64,000 bases of DNA. Source: Candidatus Falkowbacteria bacterium (GTDB lineage Bacteria > Patescibacteriota > Patescibacteriia > Patescibacteriales > UBA12465). This document shows, one piece after another, positions 19,901-28,861 of the stretch; position 1 is the first letter of the stretch; every line of letters starts with the position of its first letter. Both the position numbers and the translations under genes were made by a program. A model generated the notes under the pieces. That model made no database searches. It was not told the DNA's origin and saw only the letters and a list, made by a program, of their open reading frames with translations. Location: contig JBAXPN010000004.1 of the NCBI GenBank assembly GCA_037132255.1, forward strand, positions 17,997-81,996, in the 5' to 3' direction.

Positions 19901-20258
19901 TCCAATACTTAACAATTTGGCCAAGAATGTCGACCGTTTTTGGAGAAGGATCCTGATTATACGAAATAAGATAAATATTTGTATAAATTGACTTGCCTTT
20001 AATATTGGCCGCGTTAACATAAACCGTTCGACCATCGCGAACAGCTTCGTAACCATCGACACTAAGCGCTTGTGGTGAGCCTTTAAAGCCCTGACTATCA
20101 TACCAGCGATAAATACTATAATGATTTGGATTTGGAATAATTCTCACAGCGATAGCATCGCTACCGCCGCTTATTTGCGCCGAGCTTTGTCTAAAAACAA
20201 AAAACAGCGAAAATACTAAAAAAATTCCGAAAAAAATAGCCAGTTTAGCTTTTCTCAT
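16953..20258 (-). CDS. Secreted 1101-aa cysteine-rich repeat protein
   Basis: Signal peptide MRKAKLAIFFGIFLVFSLFFVFRQSSAQ, Ig-like beta-rich middle, and a C-terminal third packed with Cys modules (CGDG..C, and three copies of CTPxCxGxxCGxxGCGGxCGxC). Confidence 0.85.
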   Translation of the reverse strand: MRKAKLAIFFGIFLVFSLFFVFRQSSAQISGGSDAIAVRIIPNPNHYSIYRWYDSQGFKGSPQALSVDGYEAVRDGRTVYVNAANIKGKSIYTNIYLISYNQDPSPKTVDILGQIVKYWKFNNDIVEQSNPGPQCAISSLSCLSDADCSKDQTCASSGIASSSCQLKVSVNCSTDDSCPQNFFCNSIKSKIIRDLNRIGKTEELKDALFAYKSSNGYYPRLSAGSYLSGHTVSVWPSWSQTFLSELNMAQNLVDPINRLGACASFDAQTCWNKETKRFVYAPTATYLMLPVGSYGFVYKTDANGSNYNLCAVMETREAISQLNFQFAPNNPSASNCVTATGIISGGNTNNSAPRIIDSYLTGEADQEFNGSINVIDDQGNPISWTFTTSAANWSTWSAAPILKATTNDNQKKIYALRAGAPGNYNISLNISDGQNAFSTTTPIVIVNTKPFVESDNGVYVVNPYIPFSYSLYFSDNNLPANPVFAFSLSKTGGSSSFNMLSFAYSIVPAGTNRYKVTWQGVIPTTNKFYADSEGIYRITVRDKYNDSTVKDFKITIKTEAPALTFNCATSLRLGKVYSCFLGYVREGNHNITYTGANLPTGITVSTSSLVVDGQGEVIQLPVSKISNGFLAKLFNLFKFNKAEAAARSIAAAVTPGSTVVAAYLRGTTNAATSSQISIKATNEYGASSTKAFTLNINNYCGDGLKQEPNTEGRGGMYNDGYEDCDSASGLSLAAGKPVVSSNPALQYGCATYSFNTPYPIPNNNYCVYKSPVENGGYCGDGYCQLKVYYNGATSSTLVENSTNCVADCSPTCTPNCTGLSCGTNGCGGSCGTCTTGQTCSNGQCQTVPSCATCGNGICGAGETATNCPNDCTYGACLKDYSKVMVYEEICPSYGTEYTCDTTHCIWTGSSWDQGYCTPKQACPSVETCNAIKSSGSCNGTFCCTWDATIHNVPLKCGDGICSPSIGENLACCPADCGNICTPDCVGKVCGSDGCGGTCAPNNCGASAYCTNGRCMTTCTPNCSGKTCGDDGCGNSCGTCAYPKVCKNNGICCEANCNGCIAGVLQSTNWQFCGGTCCDPLTQKCCNSEYCTAKNAICNAAQ

Positions 20259-20274
20259 ATATAAAAAATTAAAT

Positions 20275-23200
20275 TTACTTCGGTTGCATGTTAACTCTTA
20301 TTTGGATTGATTTATCACTTTCATGATTATTTGCGCCAATAGCTGTTACCGCGAAATAGTAGACACTCTGCGGAAATTGATCGAGAGAAAATTTTAAACT
20401 TGTTGAGCCGGGAGCAGTTTCAAAAGATTCCCCATAGACGCCACTAGTTACACCAGCATAAAGGCGATAAAACGAAACCCCCTCATTAGTGGGGTTAGCC
20501 GTCCAAGTAAAATAAGCCTGATTTCCTTTTGGCTCAACATCACCGATGAGACCAATCGGTTTCGATGGCTTTGTTTGATCGGTCGGAGTCGCTGTTTTTT
20601 CGTTAGACATTGCGCTTTCTGTTTTATTGACGGAAATGACTGTCAGCTTAAAAACATAGGATTGATCATTAGCGAGGCCGTTAATTTTAGTACTGCAATT
20701 ATAATTTAAACCAGAAAGAGTGCAGACGCTTGCCGCCGTTACCTCCTTTGAATACATCGTTCCCTTCCCAGACTTTAAGTAATATATTTTATATGATCCA
20801 ACGCCGCTAGCAGCCGAGCGCCAATCAACCTGAACTTCACCGTTATTTTTTGTGTCTGTTGCAGCAATAATATCAGCGCCATTCAAGATTGCTTCGCGCA
20901 TGAAATATGATTCCTTAAGTACATTCCAGAAACAAAGACCATCCGGGCTACCATCGCCATTTTGATCGATACCACAAACACTACCATAAGTTGTACATGG
21001 AGTTTTATCGGAGCTACAAAGTAAATTGCTGCCCTGGCCACGGACAACCGGCGTGCTATCAATTGCCGGTAAATCATCTAAAGTTCCTCCCGCCCCAGCG
21101 TCCCGGCAATAATAAAATTTATAATTATAATTTTCACAATTAACAGGGTTAACAGAGCAATTGCCAGTCGCGTCGTTCCACGGGAACCAAGTTCCGCTAG
21201 CCGCAATGGCTGGCCAAGGGTTATTGCAGATAAAGACATAAGCGTCACTCGATCCGATTTCACCGTCTCCGCTGAAATAAGCATTACAGTTAGCACCGCA
21301 ACCAGCAGCTGGTCTATAGGCACTCATATTAACTACAGCGTTAACTTTAGTCTGGCCATCGGTAATATTGGGTTGCGCTTGAATTAATTTGCGATCAGCA
21401 ATGATAGAGGACGGAGTCCCTGTTGCGAGATCTACGACTCTAACTATGCTTGTATTATCGCTTGACCAATTCCAACTCCAAGCATAGCCGGTAATCGGAT
21501 GAAGCAATTGTCCATCTGAACTATAAGCACCGACGGTATATGCTTTATCGCGGTCAGATATTGTGTCGAATGTCCGATCGGAAACATTATCATCTTTCTC
21601 ATTAAGATCATTAACCGTTGTTTTAAACAAGTAAGAAGCCGGATTAATTGTCGCGTGGTCAACTGCACAAACTCCAGCATTCACGCCTTGATCAGAAAGG
21701 GTGGTAAATTGAAAGCTATATGAATTTTGATAAGCACGCTTATTAAATTGGACTAAATTACTTGCAACAAATGTTCCATTGCCCTCATTCAAACCTCTTT
21801 CATTCATGCCAATTTTAGCATAACTTAATATACCGCTTTCGCTATTTAAAAGTTCGTCACCTCTAATTACGGCATAATATTTTGTGGCCGGATTAAGAAT
21901 TTTTGTTGGGGTAAAAATTAAGCTAGTATACTTTCCGTTTTCCTGAGCACTAGTTGTTCCTGCAATTGCACAATATAATTTTGCTGGGTCCGGAGGAGTC
22001 GCGAGGGCCTGTTCGTTGACTCTCCCGAACAAACGATTTGCTGTCGAGCTAAGACTTAACCAAAGACGGGCAAAAATATTTCTATTTTGCGAATGCATCA
22101 TTTCTTCGATTGATTTAGCGTCAGTTACATAAGTTCCGGCCGGACAAACTCCATTTCCAAAAGCCCGCTCTTCAAATAATATAAAGTTATTTCCGAAACT
22201 AGTTAAATCCATGTTTTGATTGAAGCTAACTTCCAAGGAGGCATTCCGACAAACGTTTGTTGATGCGGCAGCCGGAGAACTCGAAGCGACACTCGGCCGC
22301 GCTTCACAACAAGCATCCATACCGCATCCTGTTGTATTAATCGACCCGCAATCGCCATCTTTAGTACACCCACAGCACAATCCACGACCAGCCCCAGAAC
22401 AAGATCCTTTATCAGCTTGGCAATGCAAATTAGGAGTAAGCGCACTAGCACAAGAATCCGGAGTATTGCCAACTTGGCAACAGCAAGTTCCGCAATCAGG
22501 ATATGCTCCGCCCGCTCCAGTATCTTTCAAACAGGCAAAGCCTGCAAAATTACATAAACCAAAATTACAAGTAGAGGTCGCGACGTTATCGCTACAATCT
22601 AGACCAGCTCCTCCCGGAGGGTTAGCGCAAGAAGCCGCGCAAGTAGATGTACTTGAGAAAATTGGAGTTGTAGTCGGTGTTAAATTGCAAAGCAAAGGAT
22701 TTCCTGGAGGTGTCTGACAATCATAGTAGGCGCAATATCCATTATTCTGTCCACCAACAATTTTATCTCCAGAAATACATTTCAAAGTAGTGGCATTATA
22801 GCAGCAAGCGCCTTCATTCGCGCAGGTATCCTTATTACCATCAAAAGCACGGCAAGGATCACTACCGATTCCTTTCGGACAATCGCCAATACAAGTATTG
22901 ACTTTATTGAAATATCCAATCTTTAGAGGAGTTGTTGAAGCGCAAACAAGCGGATCGCCAATTGGCGGAACCGTAGAGCTAAAACAATTGAAGTATGCGC
23001 AATAACCATAGTCAGTGCTTCCCTTAGCTGAACTAACAACTGTTCCACCAGCAAGTCCGCGACAGATATCATCAGTTGTAGTCGCTGTTTTATTAGAATC
23101 AAAACAACAGGCCGAAGAATGGTCACCACAATTTTGTTGACTCGTTATTCCTGAACAATCTGAGCAAATTCCTTCAGGATGATCGGTGCTTATCTCGCAA

Positions 23201-26085
23201 AACTGAGATGTATGACCTGAGCAATTACAAGCAGCATCACGTTCCTCTGTACTTGAACCGGCAGCCGCGCAGCCAGAGCAAGAACCATATGTATTACTAT
23301 TATTTATTAAATCTGAGCCGCATTTACCTGCACAGGTAAGACCAGCACAGCAATCTTCTGTGTCCTTACCAATTCGACAACAACATTCGCAACTCGGGGC
23401 GACTTCAACAATGCATTTATCAGCTTCACTAGCAATTGGGTTATCGATACATTTAGCATCAGCGTCAGCACAAAGCTTTTTAGACATACAACGCCCAATC
23501 GCATTGACCGCGTTACATTCTAAATTGCTTGCACAAATATTACAGCTGGATCCATCTTGAACGCAGCGATTATTCGTTAACTTCGTCCAACCTATAGGAC
23601 ATGAGCTAGCTAATGTAATTTCCCATTTTTTATCACTATTACAGCTTGCCTCGATACTATTTGTTTTTCCATCAAGAGTATAGTTTATTGTCTGCGGCAA
23701 ACTACAATTTCCAACAGCAATATTTTGAACACATTTATCTAAGATATCGTTATAAACGCAAGTTGCCGCTGTGCATCCTGAAACTCCCTGGCAACTCATA
23801 TCACATGTACCAATAGTTTTTTGATAACTAGCCGAAGGCGACGAACAGGAACCTGGACTATTCGGACACATTCCCCCTTGATAACAGGTTCCTAAATATT
23901 TTGATAGACCTAAACAACTATCAAATGTCGGGGTTGTAGTCGCTGCAAAACTTGTACTGAAACTCCATTCAAAAACTGAAGTCGGAATTTCGACAAAACA
24001 TTGATCGATGCTTGCAACGCAACGTCCTTTTTTATAAGTATTTTCAGGACAACAAATTTGATCATTACATTCTGAATTTTTTGTACACTCGCCGACCGCA
24101 AAATTAAGTTCGTTGCCCCATTCATTATTTTTAATGACGCGGACCGGACCTGTTGCTGCCGTTTTCGGCACAGTCGTTTTTATAATATTCGCATCGTTTT
24201 CCTTTTGAATCGTTCCGTTTGCGTCCTTATTATAATTAAATCTAACTAGACCGTTACTGCCAATCGCACCAAAATATTCTCCCCAAAGAGTAACGGGGGT
24301 ATCAATTGGACCCTGCTCAGGATCAATTTTACATAAACTAGATTTAAGGGCTAAATTACTATCAACTACTAAAGAGTTAGGGTTTAAATTTACCGTAGAG
24401 ATTGTGCTTGAGCCTAAGCTAATTTCTATCTGATAATTATCACTAGGAGTTGCGGGTACTTTAACAATTATCTGGTTATCCTTCCAAACAGAATTTGCGC
24501 AAATCGCAGGAAAAACATAGGAAGCTTCTGTCTTAAGCCCTCCGATTGTAAAATAGACATGGTTATTACCTCTGGCCCCACCAAATCCTGCACCTCTAAT
24601 AGTTACATATTGACCAGGTGCGCCTGCAATTGGCGAGAAAGAAACAATATAAGGTCCTTCGCCTACTTCTTTATCTTTTATAAATCGTAAAAAATTACTT
24701 TTTTGCGGAAAACCGGAAATTACCTTCTCGACAAAACTTCCGGAAGTTCCAGCTTGAATATTCGGAGTCGTTGAGGTTCCTGATAGTCCGGCGGGGTTAG
24801 TAAAAGTTGAATCAAGTCCGCGAACATTATTTTCATAATTACCGAAATAAGCCTTACCGGTAAATAAATTAATTCCCTGATATCCAACTTCTGAACTTAA
24901 TACTCCTTTATTCGGATTTAAATAGCAAAGACCTGGACGGGTAATATGGTTAGCGGTAAAATCACCTATTTGTGGACCAATCGCATTGTTTGTTTCATCG
25001 ACTAAGCCTTCGTCGTTAACAACCCTTACTGGTCCAGTTTGAACACCGACCCCAACAGCCACAATAATCTGATCATCGCGCCAAGAATTTATACATAGAG
25101 GATTAATAGTCGCTGGCATAGTCGCAACGACTGGACTATTGTTTCCCAAAAAAACAACCTGGCTACTAGTCGCCGAATATTCACCAAAATTTTTGCCAAA
25201 AATCGTAATAAAATTATTGGCCGCGCCATTAGGCTCACTTAAATTACAAGTATCCCCAGCATCACAATCAGTATCAACGGCGCATGGTTTATCAAGATTT
25301 GTATTACAAAATCCTCCAACCGGACTCATTCCGGTAATAACCGGTGGGCCAGAACATAAACAGGTATCGGGGTTACAGCTTAAATATTCGGAGCAACGAT
25401 TATTATCTGCATCGCATGTTTGATTAGTCAAATCAGCGTCGCAAGAATCTCCTGCCTGTCCTTGATTTTGACATGTGCAGCTTGTATCACAAAAATATCC
25501 AACCGCACAAATCTGATCTACGGCCTGACAGCCGGGATTTGGACTTGAATCGCAACTAGATGGAGGAGTAATACAATTGCTTAAGTCCGATCCGATACAT
25601 CCACTCCAAGAGCCGCTACCACAAACCATCGAACCGCCGCATCCGCAAGACTGCGTTTCGCCATCATAACAACCGCCTGAGTTGCCTCCATTAATTGTAC
25701 CTGCTAATTTTGTCAGGATAAAGGTAGCGATTGCCCATGAAGCTAAAATAATCACTAAACCAATTATTCCATTTTTCAAAATTTTCTTAGCATCGTCGAT
25801 TTTATCTTCATTGCCAGCCGCAGTCATCCAAAGGAAACCGCTATATAATATTAAGCCTATGGCAATTACGCCCAAAAAACCAAGAGCAAAATTAATTATT
25901 CTTCCAGCTATTTCTCGAGGGTCGCCAGTCGCCAAAGAATTATTCAAGCCGTTGTTAACGGCATTAGTTCCGAAGTCTTGCGCAAAAACAAGGCGAACAA
26001 ACAATAATCCGCCGGCTAGTAGAAAAAAGGCTAATAAATATTTAGTTAATTTTTTGGAAACCAATTTCACAGATTTATAAATCAA
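20275..26085 (-). CDS. Giant (1936 aa) membrane-anchored surface protein: pilin-like N-terminal module, Cys-rich regions, IPT/TIG-like, Ig-like and two FN3-like domains
   Basis: Uninterrupted ORF with an apparent TTG start 7 nt after the upstream stop. IPT-like segments include PPVITGMSPVGG...ITIFGKNFG and PYIVSFSPIAGAPGQYVTIRGAGFG. The C-terminal FN3-like segments include VDWRSAASGVGSYKIYY and AYFTWTANPTNEGVSFYRLYAG. Confidence 0.85.
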   Translation of the reverse strand: MIYKSVKLVSKKLTKYLLAFFLLAGGLLFVRLVFAQDFGTNAVNNGLNNSLATGDPREIAGRIINFALGFLGVIAIGLILYSGFLWMTAAGNEDKIDDAKKILKNGIIGLVIILASWAIATFILTKLAGTINGGNSGGCYDGETQSCGCGGSMVCGSGSWSGCIGSDLSNCITPPSSCDSSPNPGCQAVDQICAVGYFCDTSCTCQNQGQAGDSCDADLTNQTCDADNNRCSEYLSCNPDTCLCSGPPVITGMSPVGGFCNTNLDKPCAVDTDCDAGDTCNLSEPNGAANNFITIFGKNFGEYSATSSQVVFLGNNSPVVATMPATINPLCINSWRDDQIIVAVGVGVQTGPVRVVNDEGLVDETNNAIGPQIGDFTANHITRPGLCYLNPNKGVLSSEVGYQGINLFTGKAYFGNYENNVRGLDSTFTNPAGLSGTSTTPNIQAGTSGSFVEKVISGFPQKSNFLRFIKDKEVGEGPYIVSFSPIAGAPGQYVTIRGAGFGGARGNNHVYFTIGGLKTEASYVFPAICANSVWKDNQIIVKVPATPSDNYQIEISLGSSTISTVNLNPNSLVVDSNLALKSSLCKIDPEQGPIDTPVTLWGEYFGAIGSNGLVRFNYNKDANGTIQKENDANIIKTTVPKTAATGPVRVIKNNEWGNELNFAVGECTKNSECNDQICCPENTYKKGRCVASIDQCFVEIPTSVFEWSFSTSFAATTTPTFDSCLGLSKYLGTCYQGGMCPNSPGSCSSPSASYQKTIGTCDMSCQGVSGCTAATCVYNDILDKCVQNIAVGNCSLPQTINYTLDGKTNSIEASCNSDKKWEITLASSCPIGWTKLTNNRCVQDGSSCNICASNLECNAVNAIGRCMSKKLCADADAKCIDNPIASEADKCIVEVAPSCECCCRIGKDTEDCCAGLTCAGKCGSDLINNSNTYGSCSGCAAAGSSTEERDAACNCSGHTSQFCEISTDHPEGICSDCSGITSQQNCGDHSSACCFDSNKTATTTDDICRGLAGGTVVSSAKGSTDYGYCAYFNCFSSTVPPIGDPLVCASTTPLKIGYFNKVNTCIGDCPKGIGSDPCRAFDGNKDTCANEGACCYNATTLKCISGDKIVGGQNNGYCAYYDCQTPPGNPLLCNLTPTTTPIFSSTSTCAASCANPPGGAGLDCSDNVATSTCNFGLCNFAGFACLKDTGAGGAYPDCGTCCCQVGNTPDSCASALTPNLHCQADKGSCSGAGRGLCCGCTKDGDCGSINTTGCGMDACCEARPSVASSSPAAASTNVCRNASLEVSFNQNMDLTSFGNNFILFEERAFGNGVCPAGTYVTDAKSIEEMMHSQNRNIFARLWLSLSSTANRLFGRVNEQALATPPDPAKLYCAIAGTTSAQENGKYTSLIFTPTKILNPATKYYAVIRGDELLNSESGILSYAKIGMNERGLNEGNGTFVASNLVQFNKRAYQNSYSFQFTTLSDQGVNAGVCAVDHATINPASYLFKTTVNDLNEKDDNVSDRTFDTISDRDKAYTVGAYSSDGQLLHPITGYAWSWNWSSDNTSIVRVVDLATGTPSSIIADRKLIQAQPNITDGQTKVNAVVNMSAYRPAAGCGANCNAYFSGDGEIGSSDAYVFICNNPWPAIAASGTWFPWNDATGNCSVNPVNCENYNYKFYYCRDAGAGGTLDDLPAIDSTPVVRGQGSNLLCSSDKTPCTTYGSVCGIDQNGDGSPDGLCFWNVLKESYFMREAILNGADIIAATDTKNNGEVQVDWRSAASGVGSYKIYYLKSGKGTMYSKEVTAASVCTLSGLNYNCSTKINGLANDQSYVFKLTVISVNKTESAMSNEKTATPTDQTKPSKPIGLIGDVEPKGNQAYFTWTANPTNEGVSFYRLYAGVTSGVYGESFETAPGSTSLKFSLDQFPQSVYYFAVTAIGANNHESDKSIQIRVNMQPK
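25684..26085 (-). other. N-terminal signal peptide + two-TM module (residues 1-134) resembling VirB2/TrbC-type T4SS pilins
   Basis: The signal peptide ends VFAQD. It is followed by GDPREIAGRIINFALGFLGVIAIGLILYSGFLWMTAAGNEDKIDDAKKILKNGIIGLVIILASWAIATFILTKL, which is TM, short charged loop, TM. Confidence 0.55.
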
Positions 26086-26092
26086 TAATTAA

Positions 26093-28801
26093 TTATTGGC
26101 AATTACCATCGGCTCCTAAAGTACTTGTTGCGGCGCCAAAGCAGCACGATGGGCTAGTCGGAGTAACGGCGCAATTAGCGCTAGCGCTTGGTTTAAAACA
26201 ATTTTGATAAATATCTTTAACTCCTGATCCGGCTTGCGCTCGATATGACATAGATTCAGAAAATGAACTATGTTTTATCCAAGAAATAGTTTTATCTGGC
26301 TCGCCATCAAGCGGCACAGTATCGATATTGTCATTACTTATCCAATATCCATTTGCAGTTGGCGCTGAACTTTTTAGATTTATTAATTTATGTTCAACGC
26401 TTGTAGTTCCGTTACTAACAATATTACTTCCAGACCTTAGACTGCTATTTAACATCAAAGCATTCCAAGTAATTTTAATTGCATCGGCTAGATTAACCCC
26501 CATACTTCCCTGGGAAGGCGTGACTGTTTCAATTTGCGGAGGGGTAACCATTATCTGGCTATTTACATAAAACGACCAGCGATAATTATCTTTTTTATTC
26601 AAATTTTCCGTCGATGCATAATTATCATCATAAAAAGCAAGTGGACCATCGGCAGCCACATTACGGTCACCATCAAAAGAGTTTACGGCCGTATCAACAA
26701 TCCCGTTCATAGTAGCGGAAGCAGTCGGATAATTATTACTCTCCGCATTCTGACAAGTTTTATAACCGAGAGGAGTCGAAGAGCAGGTTCGAAAAGGTGA
26801 GAATGCTAAACAGTCAGTATCGCTCGTACAATTTTTTAAATCAGCTGCCTTCATCTCAACTGCTAAATGACTATTAGCCGGCAAACAATATATTTTTTCC
26901 CCGCAACCGTTAACTCCACATTCATTGTCGGAAATAAACTCTAGAGTTTTATAGGCATTGCTAAGTAAAAATTTGCCACTGATATAATCACCCACGCATC
27001 TTTTACTTGAGCTTGGTCCTTCACATTTATAAGACCGGCAATCAGAATTATTAACGCAAGGAGTACTGCTGGCAGTGCTACTGGCCGCGTAATTTACTAC
27101 TTTTATATAATTCGCCACCTCGGAGGCAAGACCAGAAACTTTTAGAGGGTTAAGCGACTCGCTAAAATTTATTTGAATAGCCGTATTCATCGGATTATCT
27201 TTTTTATCAGCTATTTGTGATAAGTCTTGTTTATCGACTCCGCCACTAAGGGTTTGGGTTGCCAGAGCAATATTATTAGTAGAACTGACCAAAATTTTAT
27301 TACCATTCGCTCCGGCCACTTTAGCTGTTAAATTAATAACGCGACCAGTGCGCTCAACATCAACTGCCGGGTCACCACTTAAAACAGCATATATTCGACT
27401 AACCTGAGTCAGCGCCGTACAATTACTTGTCGGTACATAAATATTATTATTGCCAGATGGCGCAGAAGAAAAAGTATAGGTTTCATTGCCAACACTTAAG
27501 GTATCCGCTGCTTGTTCCGGGGCCATAACAATATCCCAAGAATTTCCCGGATTACGATCAACAGCGAGCAAAATAAAATAACCATTAAATTTGGCGTTCC
27601 CATGAATGTCAAAATCGGCCGAACCCAATAGATTAGAAATATTATTACCATCAAATAATTGGGCTCTATCTCGAGAATCAGAAGAAATAACAACTTTAAA
27701 ATTTGTGAGATTGCCCTGATAATTAAGGGCATCAACATCGGCTACTGGAGACGCCCCAACCGGAGTAACACTAACTATCGTAGAAGCTTTATATATTTTT
27801 GGGCAATTGTTAACAGTAATATATCCCTGAGCTGCAATCGCCGGAGAGGCTAAATTTTGGATATCTTTTTCATTATCAGGAAGTGGAAAAATTCCGCCAT
27901 AAACTACTTGAGGCGGCGTTAAATCAAGACGGGTCCCAACTTCAAATTTCCAATTGAAGTAATTTGTTCCGCAAGTTTTAAACATTGAGCTGTTATCGGA
28001 TTTTTTTTTCAAATCGTCAGTAATTTTTACGGAATACCAGATGCTGGCCGTTGGGTCACCTAAATATCCCAGTGGGCTCAAAACAAGAGTTTTATTATTA
28101 CTGGAGACAGAGACGGAAACGTCAGTTAAATTCGTATTTGTATTCGGGCATGATCCGCTGGCGCAGGCGTCTCCTAAATCATTCTTAAAAATTCTAATAG
28201 CAGTCGGGTTAATTTTATTGCAGGTAGTGTTATCACAAGCACAAGCCGCTCCAGAAGTATTAACGCAAACACTGTTAACATTTACTTCCTCTTTAAACGT
28301 AATAAGAATAGAACTGTTACGCGCAACGTCTGCTTGGCCATTCTCGGGGTAAAAATTTTCTACTGTGCAGGCGCCGATTGCACCTAAGCCGGGATTATTA
28401 AAGACTCCATTACTCGCACCAATATCTCCAGGTAGTCCGCCGATTGTCGAGGCCAAACGAGAAAGAAAAAAGGTCGTAATGGCCCAAGAAGATAAAATAA
28501 TAACCAGGCCAATGACCGCATTTTGTAAAATTTTCTTAGCTTGAGAGATTTTATCATCGTCGCCAGCCGAGGTCATCCAAAGAAAGCCGGCATACATTAT
28601 CAAGAGTAAAGCGATGACGCCAAGAAAACTCAAAGCAATTTGAATAATTCGTCCAATGATTGCACGCGGATCACCAGTAGCCAAACTTATTACATTTGAA
28701 ACGGGAGCAATGCCAAAATCTGCCGCATACACAAAATTAGCCGTCATCGCCAAAGCGATTAAGCTAACAAAAAAAATAATTAATTTAACTTTTTTATTCA
28801 T
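26093..28801 (-). CDS. Large (902 aa) membrane-anchored surface protein: same pilin-like N-terminal module plus bacterial Ig-like (SbsA-type) domains
   Basis: First gene of the operon. Ig-like segments include ENFYPENGQADVARNSSILITFKEEVNVNSV and TPPQIETVTPSQGSMGVNLADAIKITWN. Cysteines are scattered throughout. Confidence 0.85.
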   Translation of the reverse strand: MNKKVKLIIFFVSLIALAMTANFVYAADFGIAPVSNVISLATGDPRAIIGRIIQIALSFLGVIALLLIMYAGFLWMTSAGDDDKISQAKKILQNAVIGLVIILSSWAITTFFLSRLASTIGGLPGDIGASNGVFNNPGLGAIGACTVENFYPENGQADVARNSSILITFKEEVNVNSVCVNTSGAACACDNTTCNKINPTAIRIFKNDLGDACASGSCPNTNTNLTDVSVSVSSNNKTLVLSPLGYLGDPTASIWYSVKITDDLKKKSDNSSMFKTCGTNYFNWKFEVGTRLDLTPPQVVYGGIFPLPDNEKDIQNLASPAIAAQGYITVNNCPKIYKASTIVSVTPVGASPVADVDALNYQGNLTNFKVVISSDSRDRAQLFDGNNISNLLGSADFDIHGNAKFNGYFILLAVDRNPGNSWDIVMAPEQAADTLSVGNETYTFSSAPSGNNNIYVPTSNCTALTQVSRIYAVLSGDPAVDVERTGRVINLTAKVAGANGNKILVSSTNNIALATQTLSGGVDKQDLSQIADKKDNPMNTAIQINFSESLNPLKVSGLASEVANYIKVVNYAASSTASSTPCVNNSDCRSYKCEGPSSSKRCVGDYISGKFLLSNAYKTLEFISDNECGVNGCGEKIYCLPANSHLAVEMKAADLKNCTSDTDCLAFSPFRTCSSTPLGYKTCQNAESNNYPTASATMNGIVDTAVNSFDGDRNVAADGPLAFYDDNYASTENLNKKDNYRWSFYVNSQIMVTPPQIETVTPSQGSMGVNLADAIKITWNALMLNSSLRSGSNIVSNGTTSVEHKLINLKSSAPTANGYWISNDNIDTVPLDGEPDKTISWIKHSSFSESMSYRAQAGSGVKDIYQNCFKPSASANCAVTPTSPSCCFGAATSTLGADGNCQ
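28436..28801 (-). other. N-terminal signal peptide + two-TM pilin-like module (residues 1-122), paralogous to 25684-26085
   Basis: GDPRAIIGRIIQIALSFLGVIALLLIMYAGFLWMTSAGDDDKISQAKKILQNAVIGLVIILSSWAITTFFLSRL. By hand alignment, 57 of 80 positions are identical to the 1936-aa protein. Confidence 0.55.
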
Positions 28802-28840
28802 TCTAAAAGGTAAAAAAAGCTTTTAAATTATCCACTCTCT

Positions 28841-28849
28841 TGATATAAT
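28841..28849 (+). promoter_or_regulatory. Extended -10 promoter for rel
   Basis: TGATATAAT lies 48 nt upstream of the ATG at 28898. Confidence 0.45.
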
Positions 28850-28861
28850 CTAGATGACTTT

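Noticed and set aside
22220-22717. A 165-aa plus-strand ORF, and many other 60-130-aa ORFs on both strands, lying inside the giant genes (e.g. 17064-17412, 23360-23560, 25139-25423, 25682-26080, 26328-26800, 28041-28352).
   Set aside because: They lie inside long, well-supported minus-strand ORFs. Antisense of Cys/Gly/Thr-rich coding sequence is naturally stop-poor, and the translations are low-complexity with no start signals.
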